Shown one piece after another: positions 1-7,633 of a DNA stretch of 64,000 nucleotides; position 1 is the stretch's first letter, and every line of letters begins with the position of its first letter. The position numbers were made by a program, and so were the translations under genes. The notes beneath the pieces are model-generated. The model was not told the origin of the DNA and made no database searches. It saw only the letters and a program-made list of their open reading frames with translations. Source of the stretch: a virus; IMG/VR virus record IMGVR_UViG_3300037474_000073. One strand, 5' to 3'.

Positions 1-1
1 C

Positions 2-2011
2 GTCGGTCCGCACCGCTGGTGGTCGTTCGCGTTCGTGATGGTCGGCTGGTTCGTCGCCGGTCTGTGGACGCTGACCCGTCTCAACGTCACCCGGCAGGAC
101 CCGCGCGCGCCCGAGCAGAAGGAGGACACGGTCCTCGAGAAGCTCGGCCTCGGCGGCTGGGGTTTCAAGGTCAAGGAGAAGGTCACCGACCCGAAGACCG
201 GCGAGCCGATCCGTACGGTCGTCGAGGCGAAGCACGCGCCGGGCGACACGTTCGACAAGCTCGCGGGTGCCGTCGGGGCGTTCGAGTCGCTGGCCGGCGC
301 ACCCGCCGGCCTGTCCGACGCGAACCCGACCGACGCGGCGAACCGGTCGGTGTTCACCATCCAGCACCGCGATGAGCTGAAGTACCGCCTGCCCTACGGT
401 CCGCTCAGTAACGTCGGCGGGTCGATTCAGGACCCGATCACGTTCTCGATCTATCAGGACGGGAACCCGGTCTGGTGCTACCTGGCGGGTCACCCCGCCG
501 GCGAGTTCCCGCCTACCGGTTACGGCTTCATGGGCATGACCCGCACCGGTAAGACCGTCGGCGAGAACGAGATGATGACCGAGGTCATCAGCCGCCGCGA
601 CGTGGTGATCCTGTATCTGAACCAGGCGAAGGGCCTGCAGGACATCCGGCCGATCATTCCCGGTGTCGAGGCGGCGATCCTCGCCGAGGACGCCTCCGAT
701 CAGGGCGTCGGCGAGTACCGGGCCGCGCTGGAGATGGTCAAGACGATCATCACCTACCGGCAGGGCACGCTCGCCCGGTTCGGCAAGTCGGCGTGGGATC
801 CGTCGTGCTTCTCGTCGCCGCCGGTCCGGCGTATGGCGGACGGCACGGTGCAGCAGATGGAGCCGATGCCCGCCCTGATCGTCCACGTCGGCGAGGCGGA
901 CTCGATCCTCGAGCGCGCGGGCGAGATCGCAACGTACGTAGCGAGCAAGGGCCTGTCGACCGGCATCATCGCGGGCTGGTCGCTACAGCGCGCCTCGGCC
1001 GAGTTCATGCCGACGGGCCTGCGGTTCAACGTTGGCGCGTGGTGGTGTTTCGGCTGTGGCGACGAGGTGTCGGCGGGATTCGCTCTGACCGACGACGTGA
1101 TCAGGGCCGGTGCGCACCCCGAATACTGGAAGCAGGAAAAGCCCGGCTATCACTATTTCGTCGGTCCCGGCACGCCTCAGGCGCGTAAGGCGAAAACCGC
1201 TCGGACGATGAGCGGTGAGAATCCCGACCAATTGCAGAACGAAATGTTGCGCCGCAACCTCGAGAATGCACCGCAGATGGCGAAGCTCGATCGCGGCTCG
1301 GCCAAGTCGACCGGCATGCCGGGCATGCCGAGCAACCGATGGGACCTGTTGGTCAAGAACACGAACCGGATCCGCAACGAGCTGCTCGACGGTCAGGCTC
1401 CCGCAACTCCGTCCGCAAACATGACCGCAAGCGACCGCAATCTGACCCCGCAAACGGAGGAGCACGTGTTCCGCAAAGAGCCCGCAACTGTGCCCACGTT
1501 CACCGCAACCGAACCTGCGGACGACGAGACCGCAGACCGGATGCAGTTCGAGGTTCAGTTCGACGACGAGGTTCGCGGTGTCCGCGAGGTTGAGGGCGTC
1601 GAGCTCTACCCCCGCAACGACGACGGCACGACGGACGAGTCGGTCGACCTGAGCCGGCCGCTTCCGGAGCCGCCGGCCGGCGACGACACGTCGTTCGAGG
1701 AGGACCGCCCGGACGCCCCGAGCCGGGAGGTGGCGATCCTCGCCCTCCACGACGTGCTTCGGAAGCTGATCGAGCGGGAGGATCTGCGCGACCCGGCCGA
1801 CCCGAACGGCAACACGGTCATCATCCAGGTCTCGGACATCTACGGTCCGTACAAGTTCAAGAGCCGCCCGTGGTTCTCCGGTGAGCTGAAGGCACTGGCC
1901 GGCGGGCAGCGCACGCCGCCGCCGAGTCTGTCCCTGGAGCGCGCCGACGACCTCGGGCTGAAGGCGGGCAAGTACCGCCTGCGGCGGATCCCGGACGGTG
2001 ACGACGAGTGA
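2..2011 (+). CDS. FtsK/SpoIIIE-family (TraB-like) dsDNA translocase, 5'-truncated by window edge
   Basis: Frame is open back to nt 2. The track Met at 35 lies inside a TM-like segment (FAFVMVGWFVAGLW). Walker A GMTRTGKT, Walker B-like ALIVHVGEAD. Stop TGA 2009-2011. Confidence 0.8.
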   Translation, partial: VGPHRWWSFAFVMVGWFVAGLWTLTRLNVTRQDPRAPEQKEDTVLEKLGLGGWGFKVKEKVTDPKTGEPIRTVVEAKHAPGDTFDKLAGAVGAFESLAGAPAGLSDANPTDAANRSVFTIQHRDELKYRLPYGPLSNVGGSIQDPITFSIYQDGNPVWCYLAGHPAGEFPPTGYGFMGMTRTGKTVGENEMMTEVISRRDVVILYLNQAKGLQDIRPIIPGVEAAILAEDASDQGVGEYRAALEMVKTIITYRQGTLARFGKSAWDPSCFSSPPVRRMADGTVQQMEPMPALIVHVGEADSILERAGEIATYVASKGLSTGIIAGWSLQRASAEFMPTGLRFNVGAWWCFGCGDEVSAGFALTDDVIRAGAHPEYWKQEKPGYHYFVGPGTPQARKAKTARTMSGENPDQLQNEMLRRNLENAPQMAKLDRGSAKSTGMPGMPSNRWDLLVKNTNRIRNELLDGQAPATPSANMTASDRNLTPQTEEHVFRKEPATVPTFTATEPADDETADRMQFEVQFDDEVRGVREVEGVELYPRNDDGTTDESVDLSRPLPEPPAGDDTSFEEDRPDAPSREVAILALHDVLRKLIEREDLRDPADPNGNTVIIQVSDIYGPYKFKSRPWFSGELKALAGGQRTPPPSLSLERADDLGLKAGKYRLRRIPDGDDE

Positions 2012-2022
2012 TCAACCCCCAT

Positions 2023-2172
2023 CTGACACCTGACGACGGAAGGACGGGTGTCAGCGCTCTGTATGTCTATAGGGGCTGACACCCCGTCCATGTATCTGAC
2101 ACCCGTCCTGACACCTGATCTGACACCTGTCTGACACCCCGCCTGACAGTAACCGTCCGTATATCTGACACC
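2023..2172 (+). repeat. Phased array of the 8-mer CTGACACC (7 perfect direct, 2 variant, 1 inverted copy)
   Basis: Direct copies start at 2023, 2076, 2096, 2108, 2120, 2131 and 2165. Variants: CTGACGAC at 2030 and CTGACAGT at 2143. Inverted GGTGTCAG at 2047-2054. Central copies are 11-12 bp apart. The array lies in the non-coding gap between stop 2011 and ATG 2197. Confidence 0.9.
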
Positions 2173-2196
2173 GACCCGAGAGGGAGACGAAAACTC

Positions 2197-2541
2197 ATGG
2201 CTGACGGCCACTCGGCGATCAAACCGCCGAAGAATTCCAGCGAGTTCTACAACCTGGTCACCGAACTGCGTAAGCACCACGAGCTGATGGCCACCCAGTG
2301 GCAGGAGGTCGCAGCCGTGCTCAAGGTGGCGCTGCCGAACGCCAAAGGCAAGAACCTGCCCGGCTGGATGCGCCCCGACCTGAAGATCGCGGCATGGATG
2401 GTGTGCCGGAAGCTCGCTCACGTCTCGGCGTGCAACATCGCCACCGCCAAGGCGCTGACCGCCACCTACATCACCTATAACGACCAGTTCGTCAACCGCA
2501 GGAGCACCGCAAGTCCCGCCGCGTTCGACATCGACAAGTAG
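2197..2541 (+). CDS. hypothetical protein (114 aa)
   Basis: ATG preceded by the CCGAGAGGGAGACGA SD-like element (2176-2190). No domain recognised. Confidence 0.6.
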   Translation: MADGHSAIKPPKNSSEFYNLVTELRKHHELMATQWQEVAAVLKVALPNAKGKNLPGWMRPDLKIAAWMVCRKLAHVSACNIATAKALTATYITYNDQFVNRRSTASPAAFDIDK

Positions 2542-2553
2542 GAGACCGCAACC

Positions 2554-2898
2554 ATGCCCGACACCGTGAACACCCGACCCCGCAAACTCTCCACCATCCG
2601 CAATGACGTCCGCATGATCTGCCACACCGCGCTCCCCGCGTCGGGCGACTTGCGGTCGATGGCGACCTTCGTCGGCGACACGCTCGGCGCGCAGTTGCAG
2701 ACGAGCGCCATGAGCGTGTCCGAGTCGGAGCGCCTTGTCGAAGAGCTCCAAGGACACCTGCGTAACCTCGCCGAGACCCTCGACGCGACCGCTGCCGCCG
2801 GACAGCGGGTCATTGATGCCCTCGACAACGTCCGCACCTCGTACAACAAACACCTTCAGCGATCCGGTAATCAGTCCGGCGACGTGGTGCTGCACTGA
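2554..2898 (+). CDS. hypothetical protein (114 aa), coiled-coil-like C-half
   Basis: ATG 12 nt after the previous stop, in an operon with neighbours. No domain recognised. Confidence 0.6.
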   Translation: MPDTVNTRPRKLSTIRNDVRMICHTALPASGDLRSMATFVGDTLGAQLQTSAMSVSESERLVEELQGHLRNLAETLDATAAAGQRVIDALDNVRTSYNKHLQRSGNQSGDVVLH

Positions 2899-3215
2899 TG
2901 GGTGCGCCGAAGAGCCTGCGGGAATTGCGCGAGGCGATTCCTGTTCGCCGCCGTTCGGCGAGCGGAATATTTGACGAATACGCCGCTCTCGTCTCCGTCA
3001 TTCCGCCTCGGATCAGAAAGGCACTCGTCGATCGCGGCGTCAGCCCGAGTCGGGCCGGCGTGCTGAGTAACGACATCGAGGCGGCACTCAAGGAGATCGT
3101 CCGCGGATACGACACCGTGAGCACGTTCCTCGGCGCGCTCGAGGGCGCGATCGACGAGGCACAGCACGCCGCCGTCACGGCCGGCACGTTCCAAGAGCAC
3201 TTCATCATCGACTAG
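2898..3215 (+). CDS. hypothetical protein (105 aa), paralog A
   Basis: ATG overlaps the previous stop (TGATG). Shares the RGVS..RA..LS..I pattern and the C-terminal F(I/V)ID with 3224-3538. Confidence 0.6.
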   Translation: MGAPKSLRELREAIPVRRRSASGIFDEYAALVSVIPPRIRKALVDRGVSPSRAGVLSNDIEAALKEIVRGYDTVSTFLGALEGAIDEAQHAAVTAGTFQEHFIID

Positions 3216-3223
3216 GGGCAGGC

Positions 3224-3538
3224 ATGGCGACAGTGAAGCTCAGCGACCTTAGGCAGGAAGCGGCCGACCGGCGTACGAACACGGTACGAGCGGCCGACCG
3301 CTACTCCCGTCTGCGCGTCCCCCTCGGTGCGGGTCTGCTGGATCTCCTGCGGGCACGTGGCGTCTCGGACGATCGGGCGCTGGAACTGTCCTCGGGGATT
3401 CAGGACCGGGTCGCTGAATTGGACCGTGTGTACTCTGAGGCAGCAAAGAACCTGGCCGCTCTGATCAGCTACCTTGATCGGGTGGAAACCGAACTACGCA
3501 AGGCGGGCCGGGACACCGAGAAGTTCGTCATCGACTAG
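3224..3538 (+). CDS. hypothetical protein (104 aa), paralog B
   Basis: Same length and motif pattern as 2898-3215. Ends ..EKFVID. Confidence 0.6.
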   Translation: MATVKLSDLRQEAADRRTNTVRAADRYSRLRVPLGAGLLDLLRARGVSDDRALELSSGIQDRVAELDRVYSEAAKNLAALISYLDRVETELRKAGRDTEKFVID

Positions 3539-3943
3539 GTGGGGGTCATGGGACGGATCAGCGGCGACGAGTGGCACTCGCTGGCACGGCGGGAGGCGGC
3601 GCGCGAGTTCGGGAAGCGCCATTACGGCTCGTACGTCGTCAGCCAGTTCGCGCCGCACATCGCGCTGATCGTGCTGGCCGGTGCGGCGGGATTCGGCGCC
3701 TGGTGGCTCTACTCGCGCATTCACGCCGCCCTGTCCCGCCCCTCCGTCACGACCGAGGTCGCACAGGTCCACTCGGGCGTGCCGGTCTGGATCTGGTTCA
3801 CCGGCGCCTTGCTCGCGGTCGGCACGGTCGTCGTCTACCGCCCCGGTCGCGTCCCGTCGATGCCGGGCGTCGCGATTGCGAAGGTCGCGATCGTGCTCGT
3901 GCTGTGGCTCGCCTGGGTCGGATTCCTGCTCGCTCAGATCTGA
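3539..3943 (+). CDS. membrane protein, about 3 TM helices
   Basis: GTG directly after the TAG of the previous gene (alternative ATG at 3548). Hydrophobic segments IALIVLAGAAGFGAWWLY, VWIWFTGALLAVGTVVVY and IVLVLWLAWVGFLLA. Confidence 0.6.
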   Translation: MGVMGRISGDEWHSLARREAAREFGKRHYGSYVVSQFAPHIALIVLAGAAGFGAWWLYSRIHAALSRPSVTTEVAQVHSGVPVWIWFTGALLAVGTVVVYRPGRVPSMPGVAIAKVAIVLVLWLAWVGFLLAQI

Positions 3944-3978
3944 TCTACCGGGCCTTATGGGCCAACCGATAAGAAGAC

Positions 3979-4009
3979 GGCAGCCCCGACCATCCAGGTC
4001 GGGGCTGCC
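3979..4009 (+). terminator. stem-loop after the 2197-3943 operon
   Basis: GGCAGCCCCGACC-atcca-GGTCGGGGCTGCC, a 13-bp perfect stem. No clear U-tract. Confidence 0.5.
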
Positions 4010-4254
4010 GCGCGTTCGGGGTCAGTGCCGTACGGCCTGAGCTTGACCGACGACGGTCGTGAGGATGAACGTCACCGAGAGAGCGGCGACGGTGAGACGG
4101 TCCGCAGGGTCGATGGGACGCGGTGCCGTGGTCCGATGTAGCCGTGACGCGATTCCGACATTCCGACAAGATACGGCACCCGCCCGTCAGAGTCACCGGT
4201 TGCCGCGTGCCGTTGCTCTACTCTGGTGGGCGTACACCGAGAGAGGGAGACGAG

Positions 4255-4710
4255 ATGACTCAGAACGAGGTGACCGCGCGGTACGTGCCTGAAGTGCGCA
4301 CGATCGTCGGCACCGACCTGGAACTGACCCAGGCGCTACGGCGCCAGAGCGCACTCGGCCGGCTGCTCACGCCGCCCGGCGAAATCAAGCCGCGGCGCGT
4401 CGAGGACGGTCGCTGGGCGATCACGGTCCGGCTGGCCCGCCCGCTGACCGCGCAGGAGGTTCGCGACCTGACTCCGACGTGGTGGAAACGCCACCGCCGG
4501 CACGTCGGTTACGCCGCCCTCGCGCTCACCCTGCTCGCCGTCATCGGCGGCATCGTGACGCTGTTGATCAGCCTGTTCACCGCGGTCGCCGACAACGGCT
4601 CGTACCTGCTCGCTGGCGCGATCGGCCTCAGCGCCGTCTTGTTCGCCGCAGTGAAGAAAGGTCACCCCTGTACCGGTCTGCACTGCGCGGGATGCAAGGA
4701 CAAGCACTGA
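4255..4710 (+). CDS. membrane protein (151 aa), two TM helices, Cys-rich C-terminus
   Basis: Trimmed from track ORF 4123. ATG 4255 follows CCGAGAGAGGGAGACGAG. TM segments YAALALTLLAVIGGIVTLLISLF and LLAGAIGLSAVLFAAV. Ends CTGLHCAGCKDKH. Confidence 0.55.
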   Translation: MTQNEVTARYVPEVRTIVGTDLELTQALRRQSALGRLLTPPGEIKPRRVEDGRWAITVRLARPLTAQEVRDLTPTWWKRHRRHVGYAALALTLLAVIGGIVTLLISLFTAVADNGSYLLAGAIGLSAVLFAAVKKGHPCTGLHCAGCKDKH

Positions 4711-4721
4711 GTGCACAACGA

Positions 4722-4755
4722 AACGGCCCGCCACCTCATCGAGGGGCGGGCCGTT
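4722..4755. terminator. bidirectional stem-loop between convergent genes
   Basis: AACGGCCCGCC-12 nt-GGCGGGCCGTT, an 11-bp stem, between stop 4710 (+) and stop 4776 (-). The stem sequence recurs at 34528-34566. Confidence 0.65.
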
Positions 4756-4775
4756 CTCCTTGACTGGCGTCAGAT

Positions 4776-5051
4776 CTACCTTAGCGAATCGGATGCGACC
4801 TCGTCCTCGGGCGCGAGCGTGACGGACGGGACGGCACTGGCGCCCTTGCCGCCGATCTTCGAGGTGATGAGGTTCTTGAGCAGCGAGAACGCCGTGACGA
4901 GCCCGGCCGCGCTCCACAGCTTCCAGTTGTCCAGCTTGAGAACGTCCTGCCAGCCGACCGCGTCGGAGGTGGCGAGACCGAGCACGGATACGACGAACGT
5001 CGCGATCACGCGTTCGGCGATGTCCTTGGCTACGGGGAACTTGCTTGCCAT
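4776..5051 (-). CDS. holin-like membrane protein (r1t-holin-like pattern)
   Basis: 91 aa, AAGGAGA RBS. Pattern AERVIATFVVSVLGL...W..W...AAGLVTAFSLLKNL resembles the Phage_r1t_holin family. Last gene of the lysis cassette. Confidence 0.55.
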   Translation of the reverse strand: MASKFPVAKDIAERVIATFVVSVLGLATSDAVGWQDVLKLDNWKLWSAAGLVTAFSLLKNLITSKIGGKGASAVPSVTLAPEDEVASDSLR

Positions 5052-5066
5052 GATCTGTCTCCTTAA

Positions 5067-5669
5067 CTACGCGCCGTCCACGGCGGCAGGCGCGGGCTGA
5101 ATGACCCGAAGGTCCAGGGCGTAGTAAAGATCTCCCGGCGTCACGTCGCCGACCCAGCGCCCATCATCGAACAGGTTGTACGGGACCGGCTGACCGGCGT
5201 ACCCCTTCAGCGAGAACAGCCCGCGGTCGACGAGCTGCGAGCACATCAGGTTGCCTCGCCGGCCGATGAACGCCTTGGCGTGCGGCACCGGAATGTGGAA
5301 CTGGATGCAGGCGAGCACCGGGTACGAGAGCAGCGAGTATCCGATCGGTCCGCCGTGCGGTCCGGCGGTCATGAACATGGTCGCGACCCGCGGCACGTCG
5401 GCGCGCTGCTCGTCGGTGAGCGGCACCGAGGCGTAGGCGAAACCGGGAGCGAGACGCGGACGCAACGGCTGGTACTCGGCGCCGTGCGGCATGGCCTGGA
5501 TGATCAGACCGTCGGGGTAGTCCGGATGGTCGACGGGATGCACGACCCAGAACGCGTGGTCGAACCGGCACCCGTCCTTGAGCAACGCCTGACCCCAGTA
5601 CGGGACCGCGCCACCCGCGCCGGCGATGGTGGAGAACCCGACGTCCCCGGATTGCGGATTGATCGTCAT
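5067..5669 (-). CDS. permuted papain-like (NlpC/P60 superfamily, YiiX/C92-like) peptidase, probable endolysin peptidase module
   Basis: GDVGFSTI...FDHAFWVV followed by ..NLMCSQLVD (His before Cys arrangement). Lies in the lysis cassette. Confidence 0.6.
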   Translation of the reverse strand: MTINPQSGDVGFSTIAGAGGAVPYWGQALLKDGCRFDHAFWVVHPVDHPDYPDGLIIQAMPHGAEYQPLRPRLAPGFAYASVPLTDEQRADVPRVATMFMTAGPHGGPIGYSLLSYPVLACIQFHIPVPHAKAFIGRRGNLMCSQLVDRGLFSLKGYAGQPVPYNLFDDGRWVGDVTPGDLYYALDLRVIQPAPAAVDGA

Positions 5670-5687
5670 CTCTCTATTCTCTCTCAG

Positions 5688-5722
5688 CCGGCCGGTGTGG
5701 GTACGAACCCCGTACCGGCCGG
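5688..5722. other. GC-rich stem-loop inside the lysis cassette
   Basis: CCGGCCGGT...ACCGGCCGG outer stem with an inner GTACG/CGTAC pairing, between stop 5727 and start 5669. No U-tract. Confidence 0.35.
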
Positions 5723-5726
5723 TCCA

Positions 5727-6218
5727 TCAGGTCGGGCGCCGTAGTTGCAGCCGCGCCCGCGTGAGCTCGGGTGGTCCGCCATTGACGTACTGGTGGCGCA
5801 CCTCGGCGTCGCTGATCAGCGGATCGTTCGCCGCAGTGATCACGCGCTCCGTCCAGCTCACCATGCCGTCCATCAGCGTGATCATCGACTGGAGCCGTTC
5901 CTCGGCGGCGTCGGCGCGGCGGGTCGCCGCCTCTGCTGCTCGGCCGGCAGCGGCAGCGGAGGTCTCGGCGGCCTTGGCCTGCCGGGTCGCCTCACCCGCC
6001 TCGGTCTTGGCGGATCGCGCTTCGTCCATCGCCTGTTTGGTCCAGTTCAGTTGATCCTCGGACAACGAGATCCGCTGCTCTCCGGCCTGCGCCTTGCGGC
6101 TGACCCGATAGTTCAATATCCCGACCAACGCCGTGAGTATCGCGCTGACCGCGCCGACCGCCCAGATCGTGGTCGTGCTGGGGTTTGTCGGCGTTGAGGC
6201 GGCGAGCTCCGCGATCAC
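5727..6218 (-). CDS. N-terminally membrane-anchored coiled-coil protein (lysis cassette)
   Basis: Trimmed from track start 6293 to the GTG that overlaps the upstream stop (GTGA). TM segment IWAVGAVSAILTALVGIL, then an Ala/Glu/Arg-rich helix. Confidence 0.5.
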   Translation of the reverse strand: MIAELAASTPTNPSTTTIWAVGAVSAILTALVGILNYRVSRKAQAGEQRISLSEDQLNWTKQAMDEARSAKTEAGEATRQAKAAETSAAAAGRAAEAATRRADAAEERLQSMITLMDGMVSWTERVITAANDPLISDAEVRHQYVNGGPPELTRARLQLRRPT

Positions 6219-6673
6219 TGGTCGGTTCCCATCGGCCCCAGATCGTGAGTGATCTCCTCGGTCGACGTCGGCCGCCGCGGAGGCTCTGACCACCCGCTGA
6301 TGATGCCGATCATGGTAGCGAACACGAGCCAGACAATGCCCGATACCCAGCCCCGATCAACACCCCCGAACATCCAGGACGTGATCCCCACGAGTCCCCA
6401 GATGACCTTTTGGCAGATCGCCAGCGAGTAGCCGAGGGCATCGTGGCGTAGGAACGCCTGAAAGATCAGGAAGATACCCACGACGATCCATCCCCCGCCC
6501 CACACCCAGAGCGGGAGGTAGTGCTGGCGCCACACGGTCGCCGCGGATGTCGCCTGCTCGGTGGTCGGCGAGCTGATCGACCATCCGAAGATCATGTCGA
6601 ACACGCCGAGGATGAGCAGGATCGACCCGCGGCGACCGAAGCGGGACCGGGACAGAAACCGGAGGTTGAACAT
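6215..6673 (-). CDS. 4-TM membrane protein, holin-like
   Basis: 152 aa with four hydrophobic segments, immediately downstream of the glycosidase-type endolysin gene. Confidence 0.55.
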   Translation of the reverse strand: MFNLRFLSRSRFGRRGSILLILGVFDMIFGWSISSPTTEQATSAATVWRQHYLPLWVWGGGWIVVGIFLIFQAFLRHDALGYSLAICQKVIWGLVGITSWMFGGVDRGWVSGIVWLVFATMIGIISGWSEPPRRPTSTEEITHDLGPMGTDQ

Positions 6674-6679
6674 CAGCCC

Positions 6680-7618
6680 TTAGGTGTTCTTCAGTCCGCC
6701 GAATACTGCGCGGATCACTTCTTCTACATCCTGCTTTGAGGCGCCGGCTGGGATCTGGATCAGCGGGCCGAGCAGTGGGGCGAGCTTCTCTGCTACCTCC
6801 TGCGCACTGGCGCCGCTTTGCTGAACAACCAGCGCGGTCAGTCCGTTGACCGCGGTCATCAACGGACCGGCCGACTCGGAGAAGTCGATCGTGGCGTTGA
6901 GGTTGTTCCGGAACACCCGAGCGGCGGCCACGTCATCGGCTGTGGTGTCATTGATGACGGTCGCCACATCGGCGAACAGATCCTTGATCGCTTCCTTGAT
7001 GATCGGCTTGTCTGCGTTGGTCAGTGCCACGTCATCCTCCTGGTATCCCCATTGGCCGTAATCTCCGACCAGCGCGCGGGTAAGATCGCAATCTCCGCCA
7101 CCGATCGTGACGCCGTTCTTGTACTGGTACAGATCGTTGACCGGGTGCACGCGGTCACCCGACCATGCGTAGGTCTGCCAGTACCACCGGGCCAGTCCGG
7201 TCACCGCGCAATGCTCGATCACGTCATAGGAGCCGTATACCCCGACACGCTCCACGCCGATCACCTGTGCGCTCGCACGTAGCGCTGCATCGATGCCCGG
7301 CCAGTCCTTGCTCCCGGCATCGAAGTCCACCGAGAAGTAGATCGGCCGGTTCGCCGGCATGCCGAGCGCTCGGAAGGCGGACTCTGCAGATTGCGCCCAG
7401 GACCGTCCGGCCGCAGCGCCGGTGTAGCCGCCGGCCGTACCCTCTGCGTTTGCCACCACATCCAGTCCGGCTCCACGTAGCGCAGCAAGCTCACCGGCAT
7501 GCAGGTGCTTACCATCGGAACCGGGACCGCCATAGCGGACAGCGAACTTCTTTCCCGCGGCGGCCAGAGAGGCAGGCGAGGGACGCGAGAACGAGTAGTC
7601 CACGCCTTCAGTGATCAT
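6680..7618 (-). CDS. endolysin, glycoside-hydrolase-like module (DUF1906 / Rv2525c-like, GH25-related)
   Basis: N-terminus GVDYSFSRPSPASLAAAGKKFAVRYGG...LHAGELAALRGAGLDVVANAEG fits the DUF1906 pattern. First gene after the tail genes. Confidence 0.7.
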   Translation of the reverse strand: MITEGVDYSFSRPSPASLAAAGKKFAVRYGGPGSDGKHLHAGELAALRGAGLDVVANAEGTAGGYTGAAAGRSWAQSAESAFRALGMPANRPIYFSVDFDAGSKDWPGIDAALRASAQVIGVERVGVYGSYDVIEHCAVTGLARWYWQTYAWSGDRVHPVNDLYQYKNGVTIGGGDCDLTRALVGDYGQWGYQEDDVALTNADKPIIKEAIKDLFADVATVINDTTADDVAAARVFRNNLNATIDFSESAGPLMTAVNGLTALVVQQSGASAQEVAEKLAPLLGPLIQIPAGASKQDVEEVIRAVFGGLKNT

Positions 7619-7633
7619 TCAAGTTCACCCCCC

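Noticed and set aside
2023-2172. CRISPR-like array
   Set aside because: The repeat unit is only 8 bp with spacers of 3-14 bp. There are no cas genes and no spacer-sized unique segments.
1840-2895. 351-aa minus-strand ORF spanning the repeat array and genes 2197-2898
   Set aside because: The translation is Gly/Arg/Val-rich and typical of an off-frame reading of GC-rich DNA. It is antisense to better-supported, RBS-preceded plus-strand genes.
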